Shown here: in pieces, positions 13,401 to 27,101 of the stretch | Layout: every line of letters begins with the position of its first letter | How positions within the stretch are numbered: the first letter of the stretch is position 1 | Assembly: GCA_951406725.2 (NCBI GenBank) | Contig: OX597817.1 | Coordinates: 49,414,001-49,478,000, forward strand | Direction: 5' to 3' | Source: Octopus vulgaris | Lineage: Eukaryota | DNA length: 64,000 nucleotides | Translations under genes and position numbers: made by a program | Notes under the pieces: model-generated | Told to the model about the DNA's origin: nothing | The model's database searches: none | What the model saw: the letters and a program-made list of their open reading frames with translations, nothing else

Positions 13401-13764
13401 ATAAATTTATTTGCTCCGAGACCGCCAGTCCAAAACAATAATTACACGTTCTCAGGAACTATTAAACCTGACACCGTGTATTAACCGGTGTTGTTCAAAC
13501 GATGAATAGCTTTGCGTAAACCATGGTTCGTTTTGTTATCTTACTTCATTATCATCTTATAATCATCTCATAATAATGACTTTTATGACTCATATTACTA
13601 CCTCAGTCAATCTAAATGTATATATTTGTAGTTACCTGTCATAAATAGCCTTTTTCTATTTGCAAGGTGCATTTTCGTTGATTTTTCATATTTTACCCTT
13701 ACATTTCCACGTGTATTTTATATTTTCTTTTCGTAATATATTTCTACTATATATATATATATAT

Positions 13765-13838
<74 letters not shown>

Positions 13839-13943
13839 TATATGTATTGATAAAACGGTAAGATAACAAAAAGAGACCTCAATATTATGTAAATAGAGGA
13901 ATTTATCTGTAAATGTAATATGTGACAATTATTCGGTAGCCAT

Positions 13944-14004
13944 GATAAAACTCTGAGTTTCGAATGCCGAGGTGGAAATCCACACCACCATCTCTTCAGT
14001 TATC
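13944..14004 (-). ncRNA. Hammerhead ribozyme-like motif (family H2)
   Basis: Minus strand GATAA-CTGAAGA-GATG...CATTC-GAAAC-TCAGA-GTT-TTATC; flank 13860-13950 is homologous to 52185-52265. Confidence 0.6.
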
Positions 14005-14636
14005 CGGGCATGGCCGGATAGAGGACAATAAAACATTAGGACAGATAGACGATACAGAGGCGGACTGAAGAAACAACAATTAGAAGGACATGGGGGGGGG
14101 GGGGGAAATGATGGGTCATTCGCAACCTTCTTTCCACAGTCAAGTTACCAGAAGTCCTTACTGTTTCGGGCAGTTACACTTGAGACAGTTCGGTCTGGTT
14201 GCCCACCAAAAAGTCTAAGTGAAGAGCATTAGATTTTTTTTGTAAGAAAGCTAGTGAATGTGTACAGCAACAAAGACAAAAGACGGAGAACATGGTACAC
14301 AATTACAAATACAAACAACAAGAATATAACAACAGGTGTCATGTGACTGAAAACGAATCAAATTGAGCTGGCATGCATGAAGTGAAAGCCTGAAAGCAAA
14401 AATGTAGGAGACGGACATAAGAGGTGTTGGCAGTCGGCAGTCAGGCCAAGAAAGAAAGATCATGGCTGGCCGGACAGAGGGGTAAGGGGCAGCGGGATTG
14501 AATGATTAGATAAAAATATCGAAGAGACAAAGGGAAAGGTACAGGGGAGATAAACTAGGAGGTAAAGTGGGAGTTAAAGAAAGAGAGAGCCATAAACAAA
14601 CGTTACTATAAACGTTACCATAAACAAATTTAAAAG

Positions 14637-14680
<44 letters not shown>

Positions 14681-14899
14681 CGTTGAATGCCCGAAATGAA
14701 GAATAGATAGACAGCCGACAACTGATGAAGGGACCTTTCTTTATGATTACTTGTCCAGTTTTCCATTTTTCCTCGTTGTTTACATATTTAACTCGTTTGT
14801 TTACTATTTCATGTTATTTGCACCGTTATTGACGTCCGGTACCCACATTTGCATGTATATATATTATTAATTTATATATATATATATCTCACTGTATAT

Positions 14900-15328
14900 T
14901 ATTCTTTTATCTGTTTCAGTTATTTGACTGCGGCCATGCTGGAGCACCGCCTTTAGTCGAACAAATTGACCCCAGGACTTATTCTTTGGAGGCCTAGTAC
15001 TTATTCTATCGGTCTCTTTTGCCGAATCGCTAAGTTACGGGGCCGTGAACACACAACCATCGGTTGTCAAGCGATGGTGGGGGGACAAACACAAACACAC
15101 ACACACACACACACACACATACACACATACACAAGCACACACACACACATACACACAAACACACATATATATATGACGGGCTTCTTTCACTTTCCGTCGA
15201 CTAAATCCGCTCACAAGGCTTTGGTCGGCCCAAGGTTATAGTAGAAGACACTTGCCCAAGGTACCACGCAGTGGGACTGAACCCGGAACAATGTGGTTGG
15301 TAAGCAAGCTACTTACCACACAGCCACT
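14900..15328 (-). mobile_element. SINE family B, full length
   Basis: Reverse complement of family B with an expanded (CA)n core. Confidence 0.85.
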
Positions 15329-15589
15329 TAATATATTTAACAATATTGAAAGAAAAGTCGCCTACGAAATCAAACATCGTGTGTACCAAAGACCGTTTGG
15401 CCGTAGTAGTACCCCCTGTACTAAGGCAGCATTACAACGTCAGTTGCTCGAATTGAAATCCTTAACCCAACAAGCCAAGAATCCACACAGCACCGACTTG
15501 TGATCGAAGAGCAGTCAACACAATCAAGGAATAGTTTTGTACATATTGAATAAATTAGCAATATATAGAAAACAAACGTTGTATATGCG

Positions 15590-16525
15590 TGTGATGGTAG
15601 TGGTGGTAACAGTGCGGTGGTGGTGGTGGTGGTGGTGGTAGCGATGGTGGAAGTATTGACGGTGGTGGTGGTGATACGGTGCGGTAGTGGTAGCAGTGGT
15701 GGCGGTGGTTGTAGTGTTGGTTGTAGCGGTGCTGTGTGATAGTAGCAGTGGTGGCAGTAGTGATACGGTGTCGGTAGTGGTGATGGTGGTGGAGGTAGCG
15801 GAGTGGTGGTGGTGGTAGCGGTATTGGCGGTGGTGGCGGTGGCGGTAGTGGTGGTGATGGTGATAGCGGTGCAGTGATGGCGGTATTGATGGTGGGGCGG
15901 CGGTGATGATAGCGATGGTGGCGGTATTGATGGTGGTGGTGGTGGTGGTAGTAGCAATGGTGGCACTAGAATTAGTGGTGGCGGTAGTGGCGGTGGTGGT
16001 GGTAGTGGTGGTGTTGTTGGTGCTAGAGGTGGTGGTAGTGGTGGTAGCGGTGGTGAAAGTATTGATAGCGGTGCGGTGTTGGTAGCAGCGGTGGTGATGG
16101 TGGTAGTGGTGGTAGTTCTGGTAGCAGTGCGATGGTGGTAGTAACAATGGTGGCGGTAGTAATGGTGTGGTGATGGTGGTGGTGTGGTAGCGATGCGATG
16201 TTGGCAGTAGCGGTGGTGGCAGGAGTGATTGTGGTGGTGGTAATGATGGTAGTGGCGGCGGTGGTGATGGTGGTAGAAGTGGTGGTGGTGGTGATGGTAG
16301 TGGTGGTGGTGATGGTGGTGGTGGTAGTGGCGGCAGTAGTGATGGTGGTGGTCCTCGATGTGGTGGTGGTGGCGGTAGTGCAGTGTTGGCGGTAGTGGTG
16401 GTCGCCGTGCTGTGTGGTGTTGGTAAAGGTGATGGCAGTAGTGATGGGGGCGGTGGTGGTGGTGGTAGTGGTGGTGGTGGTTGTGGTGCTGGTGGTGGTG
16501 GTAGTGTTGGTGGTGGTGGTGGAGA
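15590..16525. repeat. Degenerate (GGT)n low-complexity array
   Basis: About 930 bp of GGT/GGC/GAT/AGT triplets; source of the His/Pro/Thr-rich pseudo-ORFs. Confidence 0.9.
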
Positions 16526-16849
16526 GACGGTAGATAAAGCGGCACTGGTTGGATGCGGGAGTGACGGTGGAAAAGTTTTCCACGTTGTTCTTGTTTACAA
16601 GACAGTAAGGTTTACTGTTTATTTTTTGTTTTCCCCCACCACCCACCACCCCCGCCACCAAACCACTCCGCCTTCCCCTCTCTATTAAGGGAAAAAAGAT
16701 GAAGGTGGCCTGTGGGTGTGGCATGGCACCTCTGCTGCTTGGTAGGAGGTCTGAAGAGGAGCGTGACAGTAATGGCTCACATATGCTATGGATCACACCC
16801 AACTCAAATCTATCGGGTTTAGATTTTTCAACTTTTGTACTTGATTTTT

Positions 16850-17251
16850 TTTACTTGTTTTTGTCAGTGGACTGCGGCCATACTGGAGCACCGACTTGAA
16901 GTGGGTTTCAGTCTAGCAAATTGACCTCAGTAATCGTTTTCATTTAATTATTTATTTATTTATTTATTTATTGAAGTTTGGTACTTTATTCTGTCGGTTA
17001 CTTTTTCCCGAGCCACTAAGTTACGGGAACGTAAACAAACCAATACCGCTTGCCAAGCGTTGGGGATGGTACTAACACAATACGAACGCGGTGACACACA
17101 CACACACACATACACACACATACACACACACACGTACACACCCACATAACAGATATATGCATACATATATGCTTACATGCATACATACACATATATTCAT
17201 ACGTACATACACGCACACACGCACACACAAACACACACATAGACACACACA

Positions 17252-17322
<71 letters not shown>

Positions 17323-17460
17323 ATACACACATGCATACATACATATTAAGGCTTCCTTCAGTGTCCGTCCACCAAATCTAAATCTACTCAGCCCAGGGCC
17401 ATAGTAGAAGACACCTGGAGCTGAACCCAAGACCACTATGCAATTGGGAAGCACGTTTGC
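16850..17460 (-). mobile_element. Diverged SINE family B with expanded CA/TA core
   Basis: Tail complement GACTGCGGCCATACTGGAGCACCG at ~16870; head remnants at 17350-17460. Confidence 0.7.
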
Positions 17461-17784
17461 GTCTATGCTGGTAAAAAAAAGGGAAAAAAACAGAAAAAAT
17501 GAAAGGAAAACACAAAGAGGAGGAAACGGATGTCGTGACAACGCTTGGAAAGAGGAGCCCTTGAAGGATGGAGGTGAGAAGATGAAGAATGGAAGTTGTT
17601 CGGTGAAGTGGAAACAAGCAACGGGCGTGGATGTATAACCTTTGTAATCAATTGTGTTGTCTCTTTACTTGGTTTTCTTTCCGTTTTCGTTTATTTATTT
17701 TGCGGAGGAAATCTTGATTTTGTCCGTCAACTTGTTGCTAATCTTTAACACAACAGTTTATACAATAGTAAATGAAACGGTGAA

Positions 17785-18098
17785 AAAAAGAAAAAAAGGA
17801 AGAAAGGAAGAAAGAAGGGAAAGGAAAGAAGGAAGGAAGGAAGGAATAAAAGTGATGGATGGATTGGGGAGGTAAGGAGGAGTGGAAGGGAAGGGAGAAA
17901 GAAACGAAGAAAAGGAAAGAAGGAAATCTAGACAAAAGGAAAGAAGCAGAAGGGAAAAGATGATGATGATGATGAGGAGGAGGAGGAGGTGGAGAAGGAA
18001 GAAGAAGAAGAAAAAGAAGAAGGAAGAGAATGGTAATGATGATGACTATGGTGATCGCGGCGGCCGTGGCGATGATGATATGACAACAACGACGGTGG

Positions 18099-18164
<66 letters not shown>

Positions 18165-18320
18165 CGACGACGACGACGACGACGACGATGATGATGATGT
18201 AGAAGAGGAAGTAGAGAAGAGGACGAGGCTGCTGCTGATGACGATGATCAAGAAGAAGAAGAAGAGGAGAAGGAGGATGAGGGGCATGAAGTGGTGGAGA
18301 GGTGGTAAAGGTGAGGAGAA
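17785..18320. repeat. Purine-rich mosaic of triplet repeats (GAT, GAG, GAA, CTG, GAC)
   Basis: Direct reading. Confidence 0.85.
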
Positions 18321-19420
18321 GGCGGTTCTAAAGATAAGGACAATTTACAGAACAAAGAGAGTTATGTCCGTTTTGGTGTTTTACACAAATACGTTCTCGA
18401 TACTTTTTGTTGTTGCTGTTATTGTTGATGTTATTATTTGTTGTTACTACCACGTATTATTCTTGTTGTTATTCATGTTGTTCTTATAGTAAAGTAGCAG
18501 AACCTTTTGCATGTCGGACAAAGTGTTCAGCGGCATTTCTTCCGGCTTATACGTTCCGAGTTCAAAATTCCGCCGAAGTGGAGTTTGCCTTTCAGCCGCT
18601 CGGGATAATTCAATAAAAATAAGTACCAGTGCGATCTGGGATCGATGCTATGAAGTACCTCATCTCCAAATTTTAGACCTAGTCCCTATTGGAGAGAATT
18701 TTTGATTTTGATACTGCTTCTACTCATTTAGTTACTGTTTTGTATGGAAACCTGTTGCTTATATTTTTTAAGGATATTTTACAACTTTTTAAATACAAAT
18801 TTTTGTTGCATGGGAACAAAACTATGAACTTCCTAATGCTTTCGACTATCATTGAAGCTAAGATAAATATGTTTCTTTTAAAATATATGTTATTTAGATC
18901 TAAACTTGACTGGTGGTGTTACTTACTCTCCTGTAATGTTGCTAAAATTTTTGATGTAAACTTTTTTCTGCTGGATCAAATCTCAGTTTTTTTTAATGCC
19001 AAAATGTAGCTAGAGACCAGTCCTCTTCAAAAAAATGTTAATAGTTTTCAATTTGGCCGAGAAGTGAATTAGAGAAAGCTCTGCAGATGCTACGTGTGAG
19101 TAAATTGCGGCCTTTAGAATATTATTCAACTCTCCTTTACTCTCTTTCGTTGCTCACAGGTGACCATCGTCCATCTTTCTTTTCCTCACATAATCCTCTT
19201 TCTTTTCTTTCAGGGCTATCCTAGAGGCTGGACGTATCCCCCCCTCTCTCTCTCTTCTATCTTTTCTCTTGTCAAACAAAATATTTCTCCCGCGTTCGCT
19301 ATTTTATCCAGGTTCTGGTCAAACGGCCATCCGTGTTTGTTTTCGTTCGGTTTCCTTGTATGTCTCCTCTGTCCCGTTTTTGTTCCCAAATTTGACCCTC
19401 CATAAATCCCAAATTTTATT

Positions 19421-20385
19421 TTGGTATTTGTGGACATCGATGGACTTTGCGAATGTTTATCACAAAATCATGATCCTGCAGAGTGGCGTTTGTTTATTGA
19501 CTCTTCAAAACGAAGTTTAAAAGCTTTACTCCTCCATAATAGTAATTTGAAGCTCTCCATTCCAATTGTACACTCCGTTCATCTTCATGAATCGTATGAG
19601 AATATGGAACTTTATTTCATGCCATTGCTTATGAAAGATACTCATGGAAAATATGTGGAGATTTAAAAGTCATTGGAATGTTAATGGCAATACAGTCAGA
19701 TTTCACAAACTATTGTTGTTTTTTTGTGTCTATGGGATAGTCGGACAACTGACAGACATTATACGGAATCAATCTGGCAGACAAGAACATCAAATCAGCC
19801 AAGGCTATCTAGCGTCAAGAATACACCTCTAGTAGATCCATGTAATGTTCAATTGCCTCGTTTATACATAAAACTTGGACTGATGAAACAGTTTGTGAAA
19901 ACACTATGGAAGAGAAATGTCAGAGGGTTTGAATATATTGTATAAAATTTTCCCCAAATCACACAGGCGAAGTTGAAAGAGGGTATCTTTGTCGGATCTT
20001 AAATTAGAGAAGTACTCAAAGACGCCAACTTCAAGACAACACTGGATGAACTGGAACCGCCTGCCTGTTATGCTTTCAATTGGATCTGTGAGAATTTCTT
20101 GGGCAACAAGAAAGCAATGGGCTACATGGATGGCATCTGAAATGTTACTCAGCAATGGGCTGTCGCATGTCACTGTAAGTTCACTTATTGGACTTCCATC
20201 AGGATTTCTTCGCAGATAACCTTGGAGCAGTGTCTGATGAATATGGTGAAAGAATTCACCAGGACATTAGTGCGATAGAGAAACGGTACCAAGGATCCTG
20301 GAATGACAGTATGCTGGCTGACTACCGCTGGACACTTTCCCGTGATCAACCAGAACAAGAACACTGCAGGAAATACAAATCATAA
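19421..20385 (+). pseudogene. Degenerate Chapaev3-like (CMC group) transposase, 5' truncated
   Basis: Ordered motifs across frames: EWRLFIDSSKRSLKALLLHN, DLKVIGML, CLWDSR, LYIKLGLMKQFVK, AKLKEGIFVG, NFLGNKK, NLGAVSDEYGERIHQDI, RYQGSWNDSMLADY; several stops and frameshifts. Confidence 0.8.
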
Positions 20386-20685
20386 TTTTTCTAACTCTGT
20401 TGTTCTAACTTTGTTTTGTCTGATCCATTTTTTGTGTATTCACTCTGTAGAATGATAGTGATGACTTTTAACTCAATAAACTCATTTACTTTCTAAAAAT
20501 ATGTCCTTATTTATAACGTTAATGATTTCATATATACGAATATGTAAATATTTGCATGTATCTACTGAAAAACTGATATGTGCTGCATACAAAGGGAGTG
20601 AAATTTTGAAATCATGGAAAATTAGTCTAAAAAAGTTGATTTGCATTCATAATGGGTATAATACATTCAATTTTGTTGACCAGTG
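19421..20685 (+). mobile_element. Chapaev3-like DNA transposon, right part
   Basis: Transposase relic followed by terminus TTGTTGACCAGTG|TTA, fitting CAC...GTG ends and a TWA target. Confidence 0.65.
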
Positions 20686-20872
20686 TTATTTTATATGAGA
20701 CTTCGCTAATAAATAGTCTAATGCTGGAAACAAAAACGGTGATTATAATTCACAGCTTTTAAACATTAAACATTCAAAATTGGAATGAATAAATGAAACC
20801 GAATATTTAGTATTCATGGAATTTTGATTTACTCTCGGTTGACTTTTGGCCGACCCTTTATATATATGTATA

Positions 20873-20936
<64 letters not shown>

Positions 20937-21019
20937 GACTATGTATTGATATATTTTTGATCTATTATGTACAATTGTCCTTTAAATCCATCTCTAATCG
21001 GAGTCATGTTTGCAGATTC

Positions 21020-21222
21020 TTTTCTACTCTAGGCACACGGCCCAAAATTTTTAGGGAGAGGCCAGTCGATTAGATCGACTTCATTACACAACTGGTACTT
21101 AATTTATCGACCCGAAAGGATGAAAGGCAAAGTCGACCTCGGCGGAATTTGAACTCAGAACGTAAAGACAGACGAAATAGCGCTAAGCATTTCGCCCGGT
21201 GTCCTAATGATTCTGATAGCTC
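21020..21222 (-). mobile_element. SINE family A, variant tail
   Basis: Family A core with the CTAGGCAC..GGCCCAAAATTT tail complement. Confidence 0.75.
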
Positions 21223-21919
21223 ATGTATTGAATTACTAGGTCTTTTGTTTCTTCATATTACATATTTATATCTTTAGTCTCAAGTTACTCTTGTGCACTT
21301 CTAAGTCCAAATATTGTGAGAGAATTTCTAATCAATCTTCTTTCGCAAAGCAATTATATATTTATATATACACATTTAGGTTCGATCTCACTGTGTGGCA
21401 TCCTGTTCTATTGGTTCTTTACCATGACAACGCTTCGGTCCTACACTTATTAATTGACTCAGAATGAATGGTTGGCCCTAGACTACAGTAGAAGATTTTG
21501 CTCAAGGTACCGCGCAGTGAGACTGAACCCGAAAATAATTGACTATATAGTATTTAATTGCTAATACGTATAGCTTTAGACTGGGTAGGTGCTGCCCACC
21601 CTGCGTACCCACACTTCAGGGTTTTTTTATCTTGAATCCATGGGAACCTACATTTCCTGCTGATATTGACACGATTCTCAAGTTTCTTGAATCTACATAT
21701 ACATACATATACATTCAACAGTGAACGCACGCAGACACACACACACACATGCACACATGCACATACACGCACATACATCCACACACACCCACGCACATAG
21801 ACACTGTTTGTACGGGTGCATGTATATGTGTGCGCGCAATTGCGTTTGCGTGCATGTGCGTGCATGTGGGAGCGAGTGTGTAGTTACACATGCCTTGATA
21901 GATAGATAGAGAGACAGAC

Positions 21920-21956
<37 letters not shown>

Positions 21957-21973
21957 TGCATATTTACATATAT

Positions 21974-22076
<103 letters not shown>

Positions 22077-22200
22077 AGTGTGTATGTATATAAATATATA
22101 TATGTGTGTGTATGTATATATATATATATGAGTAAATATACACATATGTGTGTTGTGTGTATGCGTGTATGTATTATGCACAGAGCACGTACAAAAAGGA

Positions 22201-22250
<50 letters not shown>

Positions 22251-22489
22251 CCATACACATATACACACATATATGTACATAAAGTGGGGAAGCCAAAAAA
22301 AGAGGAGGAGGGGGACAAGACAGACTGCAGAAAAATATTAGAGACGGAAGCGGAGAAGTAAAGAGGGAGCCAAATATATTCATAATTTATCCATTTATCC
22401 ATAAATTCCACGCCTCAGTTGCTGTTGCTACTTCCAATGCTACTCCTGCTATTAATACTGCTGCTGCTTCTGTTGAGAATAGTGATAAC

Positions 22490-23560
22490 CGGTTCAAATT
22501 TTGGCACCAGGCCTGCAAAATGTACACGGGATGGGGTAAGTCGATTACAACGGCCCCACAGAACAAGTGATATATATATCTATTTCTTTATTACCCAGAA
22601 GGGGCTAAACACAGAGGGGACAAACAAAGAAGGACAAAGGGATTAAATCGATTACATCGACCCAAGTGCGTAACTGGTACTTAATTTATCCACCCCGAAA
22701 GGATGAAAGGCAAAGTCGACCTCGGTGGAATTTGAACCTCGAACGTAGCGGCAGACGAAATACCCATTTCTTTATTACACACAAGGGGCTAAACATAGAA
22801 GGGACAAACAAGGACAGACAAACTGATTAAGTCGATTATATCGACCCCCAGTGCGTAACTGGTACTTTATTTATCGATCCCGAAAGGATGAAAGGCAAAG
22901 TCGACCTCGGCTGAATTTGAACTCAGAACGTAACGGCAGATGAAATACGGCTACGCATTTCGCCCGGCGTGCTAACGATTCTGCCAGCTCGCCGCCCTCA
23001 AGTGGTACATGTATCGACTCTGAAAGCAAAACCGCCCTCGACGGAATTTGAACTCTGAACGTGAAGAGTCAGAAATACAGTTAAACATTTTGTCCGAAGC
23101 GCTAACGCTTCGCTCACCTCGCCACCTTAATTGTTTCAAACTTTAGCATAAGGCCAGCAGTGGGGAGAGATTAGTCGATATCTTCGACCCCAGTACTTGA
23201 CTAGTACTTTACCAACCTCGAAAGGATGAAAGGTAAAGTTGGCCCCGACAGTATTTGAATTCAGAACATTAAGAACCGGAAGAAATGTCCTTAAGCATTT
23301 TGTCCGACGCTCTAACGAATTCTACTAGTTCTTCCTTTACTCCTTTGGTACAGTTGCTTTTAGTATAAGTACAAGGCCTACAATTCTGGAGGAGGCTAGT
23401 CGATTACATCGACTCCAGTACATAACTGGTACTTATTTCATCGACCCCGAAATGAATAAAGATAAATTCAACCTCAGCGGAATTTGAACTCAGAACATAA
23501 AGAGCCGGAGGAAATGCCGCTAAGCAATTTCGTCTGACGCCTAACGATTCTGCCACCTTA
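22490..23560 (-). mobile_element. Cluster of SINE family A copies (young dimer 22580-22997 among older copies)
   Basis: Repeated GAAAGGATGAAAGGCAAAGTCGACCTCGG..GAATTTGAACTCAG cores of differing divergence. Confidence 0.8.
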
Positions 23561-23564
23561 TTGG

Positions 23565-23617
<53 letters not shown>

Positions 23618-23659
23618 TATTTTTTATTGCCACAAGGGCTATGGATGAAGGAACAGTAC

Positions 23660-23716
<57 letters not shown>

Positions 23717-24289
23717 GCAACAATTTTGACACACACACACACGTACACACACATATGGAAGGACAAAATTATTCGCGAGTCAGCTGGTGTGTCACTCTAC
23801 TTAATGGCCTATATCAGGTTTCATATAATTAAATTTTAAAATAGATATTTTAGAGGTAATCACATATTAATTTGCCGTAGCTTAGTTCTACATTAACTTT
23901 TGGATTAAAAAACAGCTTTCTTGCTTCGAAAATGATTTCGGTGTCGAGACCACCAACTGATAACCGCTTCATATTTATTCGATGCCAAATGACTGGGATT
24001 TTGTCGACCCTGTTGGTGACTGGGTGACGTTTGTGAATATGTTTATTAAGGGTACTTTTGCTAAACACACACCCTTGTTGGGCAAGATGTCTGTAGCTGT
24101 TTTAATATAGCAGAACTGGTAGGGAATCGGACAAAATATGCTGTGATATTTTTTTCCGAGCCCTCGGACTGACGGGGGCGGTAATCCGGTTTCCATGGCG
24201 TGTAAGTAACTGAGATTACAACATTCAAACCGTTAACCATGAACGGGTTGCCGGTCCGCTTCAGACGTCTTGGCCAGCAATTATTTATG

Positions 24290-24645
24290 GAGAGGCAGGT
24301 CGATAACATCGACCCCTGTACTTGACTGGTACTTTTATTTTATCGACTTCGGAGGGATAAAAGGAAAAGCAGTCCTCGGCAGGAATTGAACTTCGAACGT
24401 AAAGAACCAGAAAAAATGCCACTAAACGTTTCTTTTCTGCAAACAGGCACAGAGCCTGAAATTTTGGGGGAGGAGGGAGCAATCGATTAGATCGACCCCA
24501 GTGCGTAACTGGTACTTAATTTATCGACTACGAAAGGATGAAAGGCAAAGTCAACCTCGGTGGAATTTGAACTCAGAACGTAGCGACGGGCGAAATGCCG
24601 CTAAGCATTTCGTCCAGCGTGTTAACTATTCTGCCAGCTCGACGC
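24290..24645 (-). mobile_element. Two SINE family A copies
   Basis: Family A cores at ~24300-24430 and ~24480-24645. Confidence 0.75.
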
Positions 24646-24699
24646 ATTTATTGTTGAGTTACCTTCCTTTAATTACTGAGGTCACCTTGATATACTACA

Positions 24700-25640
24700 A
24701 CTTATTTACAACTTGTACATGGGGTGACATTCACCCGGGGTGTGTTGAGCCGGCTCCGACCAACGAGTTTATCCCGTACGTCACGAATGTTGACCACACT
24801 TGACGGTCGGTCGAGGATAGCGTGGACGCCGTAACCGTAGTCGTTAATCACTATTAAGGTGTAGGGGTCATGTTCGGAGTTTCAGTGGGAATACAAATAC
24901 ACATGTGGTCCCTATTCACATGTGGTCCCTATTCACATGTGGTCCCTATTCACATGTGGTCCCTAGCCACATGTAGTCCCTATTCACATGTGGTCTCTAT
25001 TCACATGTGGTCCCTATTCACATGTGATCTCCATTCACATGTGGTCCTATTCACATGTGGTCCCTATTCACATGTCTCTATTCACATGTGGTCCCTATTC
25101 ACATGTCGTCTCTATTCACATGTGGTCCCTATTCACATGTCGTCTCTATTCACATGTGGTCTCTATTCAAATGTGGTCCCTATTTACATGTGGTCCCTAT
25201 TCACATGCATACACACTTTGGGATAGTGTGATCTCCAGCAACTCACTTTGCCGTCGGCGTGGAAGATTTGCTGACCAAGTCACCACCGATTATTGGCACA
25301 TACGTAACCCGGGTTTGAAGCGGGTCCCATAGACATGATTTAACAAAAAATTAAGGGGTGCCTCACTCCCAGTGGCTTCCAGCACGCCGGACACCAACCT
25401 CGAATTTCTGAAGGGCCGTATTATTGCTAGATAGTCGTTGAACCTACACTAGCTTCATCTGCCCCTTTGACAGGTCTTGTTTTTTAGTGCCGCTGGGTTT
25501 CTAGCAACCCTTCACTCACCAGGTGAGCCAAGTGAGGGTGCCAGTTTAGTTGCTGACGACCTGACCAGGCAACCGGTCGTACAAGATTCCGTGTTACCAG
25601 TAGCACTCATGAGAGACCTGACATGTGACCTAATACTGGT
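24700..25640 (-). mobile_element. GC-richer segment, possible LINE (RTE-like) 5' region hosting a minisatellite
   Basis: GC shift against the flanks, hairpin at ~25503-25542, no ORF; class assignment is a recalled resemblance only. Confidence 0.3.
24900..25207. repeat. 17-bp minisatellite CACATGTGGTCCCTATT, about 18 copies
   Basis: Units start at 24900, 24917, 24934, 24951 and so on, with a few substitutions and two shortened units. Confidence 0.95.
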
Positions 25641-25859
25641 ATTAGTATGCTTTGCTAGTAAAAATCTAGGACCAAATACTGAAAGATATCAGTCCTGTCA
25701 CTCTATAAATTTTGCAAATCTACCGCCCTGGGTCGGTATTTTATTATAGCGATCTCGAAAGTTGACCTCGGCCAGATTTGAACTCAGATCACAAAAAGAC
25801 GGAAGGAATGACGTCGCAATGCTCCTTTGAACAAGGCATTTTTTTAAGGTTATCATCGG

Positions 25860-26484
25860 GAAAGAAAGAGGAAGAGAGGAGGGAAGAAGATGTAGGGGGA
25901 GAGATGGGGGATAAGGAGAAGGAAAGAGAGAGAGAAATGAGGAGAGAGGGAAAGATAGATCAAGAAAGAGAAAGATGAGGAGAGAGGCTGAAAGAGACAA
26001 GAGAGAGAGTGAGAATGAGAGAGAGAGAGAGAGATGAGGAGAGATAGAGAGAAAACGAGGAGAGAGAGGGAGCGAGAGATAAGAAGGGAGAAGGGATAAG
26101 GGGAGGGTGAAGAAGAAAGAGATAGAGAAAGAGATAAAGAAAGAGAAAAAGAGAGAGATGATGAAAGAGAGGGTTTGTGTATGTGAAAGAAAAAGAAAGA
26201 AAACGTACGGAGATAGAAAGATGATGAAAGAGAAAGAGAGAGAGAGAGAGAGTGTGTGTGTTTGTGTGTGTGTATGTGTGTGTGAAACAAAAAAGAAAAA
26301 GAAAGAAAAAGGATGAACAAGACAGAAAAACGATGAAAGAGAGAGAGAGAGTGTGTGTGAGAGAGAGAGACAGAGAGAGTCTGTGTGTGTGTGCGTGAGA
26401 GAGAGAGAGGGTCTGTGTGTGTGTGTGTGTGCGTGAGAGAGAGAGGGTCTGTGTGTGTGTGCGTGAGAGAGAGAGAGAGAGAGG

Positions 26485-26537
<53 letters not shown>

Positions 26538-26538
26538 G

Positions 26539-26575
<37 letters not shown>

Positions 26576-27066
26576 AGAGAGAGAGAGGGGGGTCTGTGTG
26601 TGTGTGTGCGAAAGAAAGAAAGAAAAAGAACGTGAAAGAAAGATGATGAAAGAGAGAGAGAGAAAGTGAGAGAGAGAGAGAGTGTGTATGTGTTTGTGTG
26701 TGTGTATGTGTGTGTGAAACAAAAAAGAAAAAGAAAGAAAAAGGATGAACAAGACAGAAAGACGATGAAAGAGAGAGAGAGAGAGTGTGTGTGAGAGAGA
26801 GAGACAGAGACAGTCTGTGTGTGTGTGCGTGAGAGAGAGAGAGGGTCTGTGTGTGTGTGTGTGTGTGCGTGAGAGAGAGAGGGTCTGTGTGTGTGTGTGT
26901 GCGTGAGAGAGAGAGAGAGGGTCTGCGTGTGTGTGTGTGTGTACGTGAGAGAGAGAGGGTCTGTGTGTGTGTGTGTGCGTAAGAGAGAGAGAGGGTCTGT
27001 GTGTGTGTGTGCGTGAGAGAGAGAGAGGGTCTGTGTATGTGTGTGTGCGTGAGAGAGAGAGAGAGG

Positions 27067-27101
<35 letters not shown>

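Noticed and set aside
14686-14735. Permuted hammerhead (CCCGAAA...CTGATGAAGGG)
   Set aside because: Stems I and III cannot be formed convincingly
15421-16802. His/Pro/Thr-rich ORFs up to 374 aa
   Set aside because: All three minus frames are open because (ACC)n lacks stops; no domain or splice evidence
17882-18489. Homopolymer-rich ORFs suggesting a polyQ-type gene
   Set aside because: Adjacent unrelated triplet repeats with no unique coding context
24900-25207. CRISPR-like array
   Set aside because: Units are directly adjacent with no unique spacers, there are no cas genes, and the context is eukaryotic
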